The notes under the pieces are model-generated. The model did no database searches. It was given only the letters and a program-made list of their open reading frames with translations, and was not told the origin of the DNA. From positions 5,783-69,782 of the forward strand of contig CAJTSB010000014.1 in the NCBI GenBank assembly GCA_910578825.1: a DNA stretch of 64,000 nt, in the 5' to 3' direction. This document shows, piece by piece, positions 34,633 through 45,123 of the stretch (position 1 is its first letter; every line of letters begins with the position of its first letter). The position numbers were made by a program, and so were the translations under genes. This DNA comes from an uncultured Lachnospiraceae bacterium. GTDB lineage: Bacteria; Bacillota; Clostridia; Lachnospirales; Lachnospiraceae.

Positions 34633-34686
34633 ATTATAAGACTGCGGTAGTCTGTTCATGTTTATAGACTACCACAGTCTTATAAT
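34633..34686. promoter_or_regulatory. Candidate BlaI operator: two 15-bp dyads forming a 21-nt-arm inverted repeat
   Basis: ATTATAAGACTGCGGTAGTCT (34633-34653) and AGACTACCACAGTCTTATAAT (34666-34686) are reverse complements with 1 mismatch. Each arm contains AGACT-N5-AGTCT. A perfect minus-strand TTGACA sits at 34689-34694 and a minus-strand TATAAT at 34632-37. The element lies immediately upstream of the blaI SD. Confidence 0.55.
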
Positions 34687-34731
34687 CTTGTCAATAGAGT
34701 ATTATGGCATATGAAAAGCAGCTGATTCTCC

Positions 34732-36222
34732 TTATGCCCTCAGATTCGTATATCCCATCAGGCTCGCATCCACCTCACGCGCGACCTCCCGTCCCTCACG
34801 GATTGCCCACACGACGAGGGACTGCCCCCTGTGCATATCTCCGGCGGCAAAGACATTTTTTACATCCGTCTCATAACAGTCTGTCTGCGTCTTAACATTC
34901 GTACGCTCATTCAGGGAAACACCGAACGCGTCGGCAATGTATTTTTCCGTTCCTAAAAATCCTGCTGCAATCAAAACCAGATCCGCATCCATCCTGCTTT
35001 CGCTGCCCGGCACTTCTGTCATCGCCATACGTCCGGTCTTCTCGTCTTTCTTGCCCTCCAGTTTCACGGTGACGAGCCCGCAAAGCCTGCCATTTTTGTC
35101 TTTGAGAAATTCCTTAACTGTGGTCTGGTAAATCCGCGGATCATGCCCAAACATGGCAATCGCCTCTTCCTGGCCGTAATCTGTCTTGCAAACCTTCGGC
35201 CACTGCGGCCATGGATTATCCCCGGCGCGCTCATCCGGAGCCTTGGGCATCATCTCAAGCTGTGTCACAGAGGCTGCGCCGTGTCGGATGCTGGTTCCCA
35301 CACAATCGTTTCCGGTATCTCCGCCGCCGATAATCACAACCTTTTTGCCCCTGGCGGAAATATATTTCTTATCTTTCAAATCAGAATCCAAAAGGCTCTT
35401 CGTCGTCGCCGCAAGGAAATCGACTGCAAAATAAATACCTTCGGCATCCCTGCCGGGCGCTTTGATATCTCTTGGATTTTTAGCCCCGCAGGCAAGTATG
35501 ACCCTGTCGTATTCCTTTAACAATTTTGCTGCCTTGATATCTTTTCCGACATTGACACCGGTGATAAACTCCACACCCTCTTCTTTCATGATTTCCACTT
35601 TCCGGTCGATCACGTGTTTTTCCAGTTTCATGTTGGGAATTCCGTACATGAGCAGTCCCCCCGCGCGATCGTCGCGCTCATACACGGTCACCTGATGCCC
35701 GCGTTTGTTGAGCTGGTCTGCCGCTGCCATCCCTGCCGGACCGGAACCGATAACCGCCACCTTCTTTCCGGTGCGTACCTTCGGCGGACGCGCCCTGGCA
35801 AATCCCTGTTCGTAGGCATATTCAATAATTCCAAACTCATTTTCTTTTACCGTAACAGGGTCCCCGTAATGACCGCAGGTACATGCCGCCTCACAGAGCG
35901 CGGGACATACGCGGGCAGTAAATTCCGGAAAGTTATTCGTCTTTTTCAAACGGTTATATGCCTGTTCCCAGTTTCCGGTATATACAAGGTCATTCCATTC
36001 CGGCACCAGATTGTGCAACGGACAGCCGGAAGTCATTCCCATAATGTCCATGCCCGACTGGCAGAACGGAACCCCGCACGCCATACAGCGCGCGCCCTGT
36101 TTCCGTTGTTCTTCCTGTGACAGAGGGGTGTGGAATTCGTTAAAATTCTCAATGCGCTCTTTTGGCGTCACCGCCTCTGCCGTCTGTCTTTTATAATCCA
36201 AAAATCCTGTTGGTTTTCCCAT
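34732..36222 (-). CDS. gltD: Glutamate synthase (NADPH) small subunit
   Basis: 496 aa with an Fe-S Cys cluster (CMACGVPFC … CPLHN), a dinucleotide fold [14 protein letters not shown] and a second fold [13 protein letters not shown]. Confidence 0.9.
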   Translation of the reverse strand: MGKPTGFLDYKRQTAEAVTPKERIENFNEFHTPLSQEEQRKQGARCMACGVPFCQSGMDIMGMTSGCPLHNLVPEWNDLVYTGNWEQAYNRLKKTNNFPEFTARVCPALCEAACTCGHYGDPVTVKENEFGIIEYAYEQGFARARPPKVRTGKKVAVIGSGPAGMAAADQLNKRGHQVTVYERDDRAGGLLMYGIPNMKLEKHVIDRKVEIMKEEGVEFITGVNVGKDIKAAKLLKEYDRVILACGAKNPRDIKAPGRDAEGIYFAVDFLAATTKSLLDSDLKDKKYISARGKKVVIIGGGDTGNDCVGTSIRHGAASVTQLEMMPKAPDERAGDNPWPQWPKVCKTDYGQEEAIAMFGHDPRIYQTTVKEFLKDKNGRLCGLVTVKLEGKKDEKTGRMAMTEVPGSESRMDADLVLIAAGFLGTEKYIADAFGVSLNERTNVKTQTDCYETDVKNVFAAGDMHRGQSLVVWAIREGREVAREVDASLMGYTNLRA

Positions 36223-36242
36223 GATAAATTCCTCCTTTTACG

Positions 36243-39200
36243 TCAGTGGCTGTTCAGCGAACCCTTAGGCATATTCCCAACTGCGCCTGGTCCCTCCTTC
36301 GGACATATGGCATAGAAGGCCTCAATCTGTGCCTGCTCCGAGCTGAGTCCCTTTTCTTCCATCTGTACAATCGCCATCATCATACGGTTGTAGTCATAAG
36401 GCACAATTTTCTTGAATTTCGGCAGATAGCTGCTGAAATCATCAAGAATCTCCTTCCCTTTTCGGGAATTTGTCAACGCCACATGTTCCTTAATCATGTC
36501 TTTCAGCTCCATCACATCATATTTCGAAGTAATTTCCCTGGAAAATACCATCTCCTTATTAATTCGCGTATACAAATCATTCTCTTCATCCAGGACATAC
36601 ACAATGCCGCCGCTCATGCCCGCCGCAAAGTTTTTCCCGGTTTTTCCAAGAACAACCACGCGACCGCCGGTCATATATTCGCAGCCATGATCGCCAACGC
36701 CCTCTACCACCGCATTTGCACCTGAATTACGGACGCAGAAACGTTCTCCGGCAACGCCGTTTATAAACGCCTTTCCGCTGGTAGCTCCGTAAAGGGCAAC
36801 ATTTCCAATAATAATATTTTCATCCTGTTTAAATTTCGCTCCGGTCGGCGGATATACCACAAGTTTTCCACCGGATAAACCTTTGCCAAAATAATCGTTG
36901 CTGTCACCGACAAGCTCCAGTGTCAGACCTCTGGGAATGAAAGCGCCAAAGCTCTGCCCTCCTGCACCGCTGCATTTGATTATAAATGTGTCTTCATCCA
37001 GACTATCTACATAACGCCTCGTAATCTCGGAGCCGAAAATAGTACCGAAAGAACGATCCGTATTGGTAACCTCCACATCTATACTGCGCCTCTGCCCATG
37101 TTCCAGCGCAGATTTCAACTGTTTCAACAGCACCTTCTCATCCTTGGTTTTTTCCAATTCAAAGTCATAGACCTGTTTGGGGTCGAAAATAACTTTCGCT
37201 TTCGGTCCCGCAAACGGGTTGTTCAAAATCGCAGATAAATCCAGCTCTTTTTCCCGCTCGCTTAAATCCTCGCGTACTTTTAGCAGATCGCTTCGTCCCA
37301 CAAGCTCATCCAGTGTACGGATTCCTAATTTCGCCATATATTCGCGCAGTTCCTCCGCAATAAAACGCATGAAATTGATGACGTATTCCGGTTTTCCTGC
37401 AAAGCGTTTGCGCAGTTCGGGATTCTGGGTGGCGATTCCTGCCGGACAGGTATCAAGGTTGCAGACGCGCATCATCACACAGCCCATCGTTACCAGCGGC
37501 GCCGTCGCAAAGCCAAATTCCTCGGCGCCGAGCATAGCGGCAATCGCCACATCACGCCCGGTCATCAACTTGCCGTCCGTCTCAATCCTTACCTTATTGC
37601 GCAGACCGTTTAAAATCAAAGTCTGATGCGTCTCTGACAGTCCCAGCTCCCAGGGAAGACCGGCATTGTGAATGGAACTTGAAGGCGCCGCTCCGGTTCC
37701 TCCGTCATAACCAGAAATCAATACCACCTGCGCGCCTGCCTTTGCCACGCCTGCCGCAACGGTTCCCACACCTGCCTCGGACACAAGTTTGACAGTAATC
37801 CTTGCCTCCCTGTTGGAATTTTTCAAATCATAAATCAACTGCTCCAAATCCTCAATCGAATAAATGTCATGGTGCGGCGGCGGTGAAATCAGAGACACCC
37901 CCGGCGTCGAAAGCCTCGTTTTGGCAATCCACGGATACACCTTCTGTCCGGGCAGGTGTCCGCCCTCGCCCGGCTTGGCTCCCTGCGCCATCTTAATCTG
38001 AATCTCCTTCGCACTGACCAGATACTGGCTGGTCACACCGAACCGTCCGGACGCCACCTGCTTAATTGCCGAGCAGCGGTTGACGCCGTCCCTGCCTGCC
38101 CCAAGACGCTCCGGGCTCTCTCCACCTTCGCCGCTGTTGGATTTACCATGGAGGCGGTTCATCGCAATCGCCAGAGTCTCATGCGCTTCCTGCGAAATGG
38201 AGCCATAAGACATCGCCCCCGTTTTAAAACGCGTGACGATCGAATCTACACTCTCCACTTCCTCAATCAAAACTCCCTTTTTCGGGAATTTAAAGGTCAT
38301 CATACCGCGGATATTGGCATCTCTTTCCTGCAGATCCGCTGCCTGCGTATACTGTTTAAACAACTGATAATCGCCGCGTTTCGTGGATTCCTGGAGCAGA
38401 TGGATAGTCACCGGATTGTATAAATGGCTGTCTGCCCCGCTTCGCATCTTATGGCGTCCGCGGCTCTCTAACGTCAAATCGGTCTCCAGGCCAAGCGGGT
38501 CATAAGCGCTGGAATGAAGCGCATCCACATCCTCCTCAATGTCTTTTAACGTAATGCCGCCGATGCGGCTTACCGTGTCCGTAAAATATTTGTTAATTAC
38601 ATTTTCACTGATGCCGATTGCCTCAAAGATTTTCGCCCCCTGATAAGACTGAATCGTAGAAATTCCCATCTTCGCCGCAATCTTTACAATGCCGTGAAGG
38701 ATTGCGTTGTTGTAATCTTCAACTGCCGCATAGTAATCTTTATCTAACATATGCTCGTCAATCAGCTGTTTCACCGTATCCTGTGCCAGATAGGGATTGA
38801 TAGCGCAGGCGCCATAACCAAGCAGCGTTGCAAAATGATGTACTTCCCTCGGCTCGCCGGATTCCAGAATCATGGCAAGCGCCGTGCGTTTCTTAGTCTT
38901 AATCAGATACTGCTGCAAGGCAGATACTGCCAAAAGCGAGGGAATCGGCACATGGTTCTCGTCTACGCTGCGGTCGGACAGAATCAGGATATTGGCCCCA
39001 TCGCGATACGCGCGATCCGCCTCCACAAACAGCCGTTCAATCGCCTTTTCCAGACTAGTGTTCTTATAGTAGGTAATGGGGATTTCCACCACCTGAAACC
39101 CTTCCACTTTCATGGACTTTATTTTCATCAGATCCGTATTTGTCAGAATTGGATTATCCACTTTCAATACCTGACAGTTCAGCGGCCTTTCTTCCAGAAG

Positions 39201-40835
39201 GTTTCCATCCTCCCCGATATAGACTGTGGTGCTCGTAACAATTTCCTCACGAATCGAGTCAATCGGCGGGTTGGTGACCTGTGCAAATTTCTGCTTAAAA
39301 TAGTTGAATAACGGCTGATGGTCTCCCGCCAATGCTGCCAGCGGTGTATCGATTCCCATTGCCGCCGTTGCCTCCTCACCGTTTTTCGCCATGGGAAGAA
39401 TCGCTTCTTTTAAGGATTCGTACGTGTAACCAAATGTTTTTTGCAGCCTCTGCCGCTCCTCCTTCTTGTATTCCGGCACGCGCTGGTTGGGAATCTTCAA
39501 ATTCGCAAGATTAATCAGATTGCGGTCGAGCCATTCCCCGTACGGCTGCCTGCCCGCATACTTTTCTTTTAGCTCTTCGTCGTCAATAATCCTGCCCTGC
39601 ACCGTATCCACCAAAAGCATTTTTCCAGGGCGCAGACGTTCTTTTGACACAATCTTCGTAGCCGGAATTTCCAACACGCCCACCTCGGAAGATAAAATCA
39701 GATAATCGTCCTCCGTAATATAATAGCGCGAGGGGCGCAGACCGTTTCGGTCGAGGACTGCTCCCAGAATATCTCCATCGCTGAACAGGATTGACGCCGG
39801 ACCGTCCCATGGCTCCATCATCGTTGCATAGTATTGATAGAAATCCTTCTTCTTCTGGTTCATCAGATTATTGTTTGCCCACGGCTCCGGAATGGTAATC
39901 ATCACCGCCAGCGGAAGTTCCATACCGCTCATCACAAGGAACTCAAGCGTATTATCAAGCCTTGCAGAATCAGACCCTTCTGCATTTACCACGGGCAGCA
40001 CCTTCTGTAATTCTCCCCGCAGATGTTCTGATTCCATGGTCTCCTCACGCGCCAGCATTTTATCTGCATTTCCGCGAATCGTATTGATTTCTCCATTGTG
40101 TACAATCAACCGGTTCGGATGCGCGCGTTCCCAGCTCGGGTTCGTGTTGGTAGAAAATCTGGAATGTACGGTCGCAATCGCAGATTCATAATCCTTATCC
40201 TGCAAATCTGCGAAAAACAACCTCAGCTGCTCCACAAGAAACATCCCCTTATATACAATCGTACGGCTGGAAAGAGAAACCACATAGGTATCGTCGTTCG
40301 ACTGCTCAAATACCCGGCGCGCCACATACAGTCTACGGTCAAAATCCAGTCCCTTGCTTATATGCTGCGGACGTTTCACAAATCCCTGCATAATACAGGG
40401 CATACAATCTAACGCTTTCTGTCCCAGTTTATCAGGATCAATCGGAACCTCACGCCATCCCAGAAATTCCATGCCTTCCTTCTGTACAATCACCTCAAAC
40501 ATCTTCTTTGCCTGATTACGTTTCAGTTCATCCTGTGAAAAAAAGAACATACCGATTCCGTAATCCCGTTCATCGCCTAATATAATTCCCGCCTGCTGTG
40601 CTGCTTTCCTGAAAAATTTATGGGAAATCTGCAAGAGGATACCTACTCCATCCCCGGTTTTTCCTTCCGCGTCTTTTCCTGCCCTGTGCTTTAGATTCTC
40701 TACAATCTTCAAGGCATTCTCCACCGTCTTATGCGTCTTAACGCCTTTGATATTTACTACTGCACCGATTCCGCAATTATCATGCTCAAACGCCGGGTCA
40801 TACATTCCCATCGCTGTTCGTTTCGTCTCCTGCAT
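36243..40835 (-). CDS. gltB: Glutamate synthase large subunit
   Basis: 1530 aa. The Ntn amidotransferase N-terminus is FEHDNCGIGAV, followed by central, FMN (…GEGGE…, …KMAQGAKPGEGG…) and C-terminal GXGXG beta-helix domains. Confidence 0.93.
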   Translation of the reverse strand: MQETKRTAMGMYDPAFEHDNCGIGAVVNIKGVKTHKTVENALKIVENLKHRAGKDAEGKTGDGVGILLQISHKFFRKAAQQAGIILGDERDYGIGMFFFSQDELKRNQAKKMFEVIVQKEGMEFLGWREVPIDPDKLGQKALDCMPCIMQGFVKRPQHISKGLDFDRRLYVARRVFEQSNDDTYVVSLSSRTIVYKGMFLVEQLRLFFADLQDKDYESAIATVHSRFSTNTNPSWERAHPNRLIVHNGEINTIRGNADKMLAREETMESEHLRGELQKVLPVVNAEGSDSARLDNTLEFLVMSGMELPLAVMITIPEPWANNNLMNQKKKDFYQYYATMMEPWDGPASILFSDGDILGAVLDRNGLRPSRYYITEDDYLILSSEVGVLEIPATKIVSKERLRPGKMLLVDTVQGRIIDDEELKEKYAGRQPYGEWLDRNLINLANLKIPNQRVPEYKKEERQRLQKTFGYTYESLKEAILPMAKNGEEATAAMGIDTPLAALAGDHQPLFNYFKQKFAQVTNPPIDSIREEIVTSTTVYIGEDGNLLEERPLNCQVLKVDNPILTNTDLMKIKSMKVEGFQVVEIPITYYKNTSLEKAIERLFVEADRAYRDGANILILSDRSVDENHVPIPSLLAVSALQQYLIKTKKRTALAMILESGEPREVHHFATLLGYGACAINPYLAQDTVKQLIDEHMLDKDYYAAVEDYNNAILHGIVKIAAKMGISTIQSYQGAKIFEAIGISENVINKYFTDTVSRIGGITLKDIEEDVDALHSSAYDPLGLETDLTLESRGRHKMRSGADSHLYNPVTIHLLQESTKRGDYQLFKQYTQAADLQERDANIRGMMTFKFPKKGVLIEEVESVDSIVTRFKTGAMSYGSISQEAHETLAIAMNRLHGKSNSGEGGESPERLGAGRDGVNRCSAIKQVASGRFGVTSQYLVSAKEIQIKMAQGAKPGEGGHLPGQKVYPWIAKTRLSTPGVSLISPPPHHDIYSIEDLEQLIYDLKNSNREARITVKLVSEAGVGTVAAGVAKAGAQVVLISGYDGGTGAAPSSSIHNAGLPWELGLSETHQTLILNGLRNKVRIETDGKLMTGRDVAIAAMLGAEEFGFATAPLVTMGCVMMRVCNLDTCPAGIATQNPELRKRFAGKPEYVINFMRFIAEELREYMAKLGIRTLDELVGRSDLLKVREDLSEREKELDLSAILNNPFAGPKAKVIFDPKQVYDFELEKTKDEKVLLKQLKSALEHGQRRSIDVEVTNTDRSFGTIFGSEITRRYVDSLDEDTFIIKCSGAGGQSFGAFIPRGLTLELVGDSNDYFGKGLSGGKLVVYPPTGAKFKQDENIIIGNVALYGATSGKAFINGVAGERFCVRNSGANAVVEGVGDHGCEYMTGGRVVVLGKTGKNFAAGMSGGIVYVLDEENDLYTRINKEMVFSREITSKYDVMELKDMIKEHVALTNSRKGKEILDDFSSYLPKFKKIVPYDYNRMMMAIVQMEEKGLSSEQAQIEAFYAICPKEGPGAVGNMPKGSLNSH

Positions 40836-41050
40836 ACCATCATCCTCCCTGTTATATGCTCTGCTACGGTAAAGTGTTGCTCTTAAAAATAATATACACC
40901 TTTTTTCTTCACTTGTAAACAGTATTTTTCTTCCAATTGTCTGATAATATGATTTTTTTATTTTTTAAAACAATATTATCTGAAAACAAAGCAAGTTTTC
41001 TGGTATAAATATCTGTATTTCATACAATTCAAAACACATGAATATTCCAT

Positions 41051-41083
41051 AGAAAAAGCAGCATTTCCCAAAAGAAATGCTGC
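41051..41083 (-). terminator. Rho-independent terminator after the HAD gene
   Basis: On the minus strand the stem is GCAGCATTTC, the loop TTTTGG and the return stem GAAATGCTGC, followed by TTTTTCT. Confidence 0.8.
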
Positions 41084-41115
41084 TCTTTGTCCTTACAGAT
41101 CGTATTCCCGATCCC

Positions 41116-41772
41116 CTATTCCCCAATCATCCTGCAAACTTCTACCCGCGCCTCCACAAGACTCCTGCAAATCCTCGTACAATACTGCTGAATCTGCGGC
41201 GAGGGTGCAATCAAATCCGGAACCATAATGGTGGCACAGCCTGCGGCATACCCCGCCTTTACGCCATTCTCACTGTCCTCAAATACAAAGCACTGCTCTG
41301 GCTTACAGCCAATGCGCTCCGCCGCGCGCAGAAAAATATCCGGCGCAGGTTTCCCTTGTTCCACTTCCGTTCCACTGACAATCTCAGAAAAAAAGCCGTC
41401 TATACCGGCATTTTTCAGGTTTGTCTCTATTTGCTGCGACAGGCTGCTGCTGGCAACGGCAACCGGCATCCCTTCCTGCCGAAAAAATTCCAGAATTTCA
41501 CGGACGCCCTCTTTCATCGGAACATGGACAGAAAGTTTCTCGCGCACCCTGCTCATGCATTCCCGGGCAATGCCTGCCCCGTCCGGAACCTGAAAATACG
41601 TCTCAATTACCTGGTTCATACGCGCCCCGCTGCTCCCGGAGATATCCCTCAGAAATCCGTTTGCCAGCGTCACTTTAAGCTCCGCGGCAATCTCATGCCA
41701 GGTCTGCTGGTAGACCTTCTCCGTATCAAAGAGAACGCCGTCCATATCAAAAATTGCCCCTGTAAATTCCAT
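41116..41772 (-). CDS. HAD-superfamily hydrolase (beta-phosphoglucomutase-like subfamily IA)
   Basis: The start is at MEFTGAIFDMDGVLFDTE (41772). Motif I is DMDGV, motif II VASSS and motif III/IV KPAPDIF…FEDSENG. Confidence 0.85.
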   Translation of the reverse strand: MEFTGAIFDMDGVLFDTEKVYQQTWHEIAAELKVTLANGFLRDISGSSGARMNQVIETYFQVPDGAGIARECMSRVREKLSVHVPMKEGVREILEFFRQEGMPVAVASSSLSQQIETNLKNAGIDGFFSEIVSGTEVEQGKPAPDIFLRAAERIGCKPEQCFVFEDSENGVKAGYAAGCATIMVPDLIAPSPQIQQYCTRICRSLVEARVEVCRMIGE

Positions 41773-41846
41773 ACTATTTCGTCCTACCCTTCTTTCCCAC
41801 AATTAAATCATAATTTTCCGCAATGCAAGCGTTTCCTCTCTCATCG

Positions 41847-42731
41847 TTACGCTTTTGCCCTTCTGTCCATTGAGAACAGCTGAATCACCGCAATCAGCAA
41901 AACGCTGACAACTGCCAGAACAACGGTAACAATAAAGAACCTCGAATCTGCAGGTTTCATCCAGGAAAACGCCGGCGCTTCCACTCGCAGCACTGCCATA
42001 AGGTTTGCGCCTATATGCGCCAGAAAAGCCCCATAGAAGTGACCCGTCTTCTCCATAAACCACGCCAGAAGAATTCCCAGAATCCCCGCATAAATAAACT
42101 GCACCAGATTCATATGGATGACCCCGAACAACAATGCAGAAATCACAATCGCCAGAATGCGACTGATGCGCTCGCGTTTCTTCCCTCGCTCTGTCTTTTC
42201 CTCATTGTCGAGTATCATCATATCACAAAGCCTTCCATACACTACGCCGCGGTAAAGCAGCTCTTCCAAAAATGGAGTCAAAAGACATGCACCCAGCAAT
42301 TCGAAGAGAATGCCGCCCGCAAAAAACTGCTGGTTGACCTGTTGATAGCCCTCAGATATTTCCTCCAGACCACTTAAAATCAACAAATTATTCAAAGTCA
42401 CTCCTGCAGCAGCCCCGGAAAGAAACATCAGTACGCCGTTTAGCACTCTCTTTGCCATGGACTTCTTCTTGATTTCTATCTCCATATGCTCCCAGAACAC
42501 CGTGGGCTCGTTTTTATCTTTCTGAAAATAATGTGCAATAAAGGGGATTGTCACCGCTACCGACGCCGTCTGAAGCGCCATATACTGCTCTTCCGGGTTC
42601 GCCCCCAGAAATACCGCCAGCATCGTAAACAATGACATGCTTAAGTTTGTCGCCACAAAATAAATAAAGATGGGGTAAATTACATTCCAAGATTTAAAGA
42701 TTGGACTGTTCATCCTGTCTCTCGGATTCAT
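41847..42731 (-). CDS. CPBP family (CAAX/Abi-type) intramembrane glutamic endopeptidase
   Basis: 294 aa, multi-TM, with motifs FLEELLYRG and FGVIHMN and a distal FLAHIGANL. Confidence 0.8.
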   Translation of the reverse strand: MNPRDRMNSPIFKSWNVIYPIFIYFVATNLSMSLFTMLAVFLGANPEEQYMALQTASVAVTIPFIAHYFQKDKNEPTVFWEHMEIEIKKKSMAKRVLNGVLMFLSGAAAGVTLNNLLILSGLEEISEGYQQVNQQFFAGGILFELLGACLLTPFLEELLYRGVVYGRLCDMMILDNEEKTERGKKRERISRILAIVISALLFGVIHMNLVQFIYAGILGILLAWFMEKTGHFYGAFLAHIGANLMAVLRVEAPAFSWMKPADSRFFIVTVVLAVVSVLLIAVIQLFSMDRRAKA

Positions 42732-42734
42732 TTC

Positions 42735-43586
42735 CTACTGTTCCTCCTTTGGCTCATCCATGCTGTTTTCATCTTCAAACACCTCTGTCGCCTTTATCTG
42801 CTCTTCGTCTCCAGGCTTATCCAGCACTTCTTCGCCGCTGGTCTCATCCTCAATCTCCATCTGAATCTGCCTCAGTTTCGCATCTTCAGCAATTGCACGC
42901 ATTATGCGGGTAATATCCGCGGGAGAAAACATGTCAATCGCCCGAACCAGGTCATCAATGTTCGCACGGTTAAAGATCAAAACGCCGCCTCCTTCGAGCT
43001 CAACCGTAATACAGTCCCTGGTATCTGACACATTTCCCAGACAAAGCCGGTTGTTTTCATAATCACACTGGAAGATCACGCCCTCATATTCAATTATGCC
43101 ATTCTCATTTGCCATCGCAGAATACGGCGCCCGCCTGTCATTGCCCAACAGTTTCTGAATCATCTCATCGCTGACCATATCGTCAATGGTATCCCCGATA
43201 TCCGGCTGCTTTATCACACTGTCCATATTGCCATTCGTTCCCGCATGATCTATTTTCATGAAACGCATCGTACGGAAACTTCCATTGTCCATCAACACCT
43301 GCTCTTCAAACTGTTTGTCTTTTGCCTCACCCTGTCCCAGGATGTAGGATTCACGCTGTTCCTTTTGCTTTTCCAGCGCCTCTCCCTCGCGTTCTTTCAA
43401 GTCTGCCTTGTATTCCTCGATGGCGTCATCTACCTTATCTAACAAATTCTCCCATTCTTTGTCCGTAAACTCGTCAATTGTTTTGGGCGCGCCCTTTCTC
43501 ATCTCCGGTTTCATCTTCTTTGCGTACTCTGCAACTGCCTGAGAGAAATAACCATTTCCATAGCCACTCTTTAAACTGTCTAACAT
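42735..43586 (-). CDS. Hypothetical acidic protein
   Basis: 283 aa, Glu/Asp-rich, with no TM or signal peptide. I recognise no motif. It is tightly packed between the AAA gene (13-nt gap) and the CPBP gene (3-nt gap). Confidence 0.5.
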   Translation of the reverse strand: MLDSLKSGYGNGYFSQAVAEYAKKMKPEMRKGAPKTIDEFTDKEWENLLDKVDDAIEEYKADLKEREGEALEKQKEQRESYILGQGEAKDKQFEEQVLMDNGSFRTMRFMKIDHAGTNGNMDSVIKQPDIGDTIDDMVSDEMIQKLLGNDRRAPYSAMANENGIIEYEGVIFQCDYENNRLCLGNVSDTRDCITVELEGGGVLIFNRANIDDLVRAIDMFSPADITRIMRAIAEDAKLRQIQMEIEDETSGEEVLDKPGDEEQIKATEVFEDENSMDEPKEEQ

Positions 43587-43599
43587 TTTTTGCCTCCTT

Positions 43600-45123
43600 T
43601 TATGACATTCGTCTCAACAGGTTCCTGCGTTTCTCATCAAAAAGCAACTCCTTATTATACTGAAAATATCGCTCGCATTCACACTCCTGCAGAAAACTGA
43701 CGCTGTATGAATTGGAATTTAATTCGGTAAGGAACATCACCATCTCCTGGCTGTTGCCAAACGCTCCCTCCAGAAAATCAAATACATATTCTACGACCTG
43801 CAACGCTTCTCTTTGGTCTTTTTCAAAAGTTTCCTGCTCCTGCTCAAATAAGCCTTTGATCCTTGCAAAAGCCTGATCACTTGCCTGAATACTTTCCATG
43901 CGCAATACCTGTTGGAAACGCTCCAGGACCTCCCGTGTCCTTTGATATATCCTATCCTCTTCACGGCTTACCAGTTCTGCTTTTTTCCTATTTGTATATT
44001 CTAAATTAAATTTATTATATACATTGGAAAACAACTGCTGCCCGTCCAGACCTTCTTCGACTGTACCTGTCAAATCCTTATACTCTGTCAGCGCCGCAAA
44101 CAACATCTCAATATAGTTTTCGGTCTGTACCGATGATTTCAACACCTCATTGACCCTCGAAATTAAAAGTCCGAGCACGCCAAGACGCTCATCGAAAGAA
44201 GCGTGCGCAACTTTTTTCAAAAGAATCTCATCCAGATTCCCCCTTAAAATCTCCTCAATCTGATAATCAGTACGGTATTTCCCATACAGCTCCAGATAAT
44301 TTGCAAAATCTTTGGCAATCTTGGGAAACTGAATGTACTGAACCACGACCTCCCGATCCACCGTCCTGCCAAGTTTCTCATAGACCTGAATCAACGTCGA
44401 TAAATCTTCCCATCCTCTGGGAGTGGCAAAATTCCTGCCGTCAACCGTCGTCTCCATCTGATAGAAGTTCTGCTTGCGGATATTCAGATAGGAAACCACC
44501 GCCCCATGCAATCCCTGCTGATAAGCATACTCTTTCCAGACTTCAAAATCCGGCTCCACCTCAATTTTCTTTACCCTGTCCATCGTAACCACATCAAATT
44601 CGCGCACAGATTTGTTATACTCGGGGGGATTACCCGCTGCAACAATCACCCAGCCCTGCGGAATCTTATGATTACCAAACGATTTGCACTGCAAAAACTG
44701 CAGCATCGCAGGCGCAAGCGTCTCCGAGACACAGTTAATCTCATCCAGAAACAGAATCCCCTCTGATAGTCCTGTCTGCTCCATCTTCTCGTAGATCGCC
44801 GCCACAATCTCGCTCATCGTATATTCCGTTACGTCAAACTCCTGGTCGCCATACCGCCTTTTGGAGATAAACGGGAGCCCAATCGCACTCTGCCTGGTGT
44901 GATGCGTAATCGTATACGACACCAGCCCGATTTCACACTCCCTGGCAATCTGCTCCACAATCTGCGTCTTGCCAATTCCCGGTGAACCCAGCAGCAAAAT
45001 CGGACGCTGGCGAACCGTCGGGATCTCATACATGCCATACTCATCCCTTCGCAGATACGCCTCAATCGTATTTTTTATTTCTTCCCTGGTTCTCTTTATA
45101 TTCATGACTGCCTCCAAACTCAA
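43600..45123 (-). CDS. MoxR/AAA_5-type AAA+ ATPase with a long C-terminal helical extension
   Basis: 507 aa with Walker A LLGSPGIGKTQ, Walker B GILFLDEINC and sensor region VIVAAGNPPEYN…DRV. The ATG overlaps the stop of the VWA gene (ATGA at 45120-45123). Confidence 0.8.
   Translation of the reverse strand: MSLEAVMNIKRTREEIKNTIEAYLRRDEYGMYEIPTVRQRPILLLGSPGIGKTQIVEQIARECEIGLVSYTITHHTRQSAIGLPFISKRRYGDQEFDVTEYTMSEIVAAIYEKMEQTGLSEGILFLDEINCVSETLAPAMLQFLQCKSFGNHKIPQGWVIVAAGNPPEYNKSVREFDVVTMDRVKKIEVEPDFEVWKEYAYQQGLHGAVVSYLNIRKQNFYQMETTVDGRNFATPRGWEDLSTLIQVYEKLGRTVDREVVVQYIQFPKIAKDFANYLELYGKYRTDYQIEEILRGNLDEILLKKVAHASFDERLGVLGLLISRVNEVLKSSVQTENYIEMLFAALTEYKDLTGTVEEGLDGQQLFSNVYNKFNLEYTNRKKAELVSREEDRIYQRTREVLERFQQVLRMESIQASDQAFARIKGLFEQEQETFEKDQREALQVVEYVFDFLEGAFGNSQEMVMFLTELNSNSYSVSFLQECECERYFQYNKELLFDEKRRNLLRRMS

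Noticed and set aside
34633-34686. The inverted repeat downstream of gltD could be its Rho-independent terminator.
   Set aside because: On the minus strand the hairpin is followed by ATATGTACGGAGGA, not a U-tract. Its internal dyad structure and its position over the blaI promoter and SD favour an operator. A dual role is not excluded.
40982-41000. GAAAAC-N7-GTTTTC and a nearby TGTAT-N3-ATACA dyad in the gltB upstream region could be a TnrA/GlnR-type nitrogen box.
   Set aside because: Neither matches the 17-bp TGTNA-N7-TNACA consensus in spacing. Six-bp arms in a 240-bp AT-rich region are not statistically compelling.
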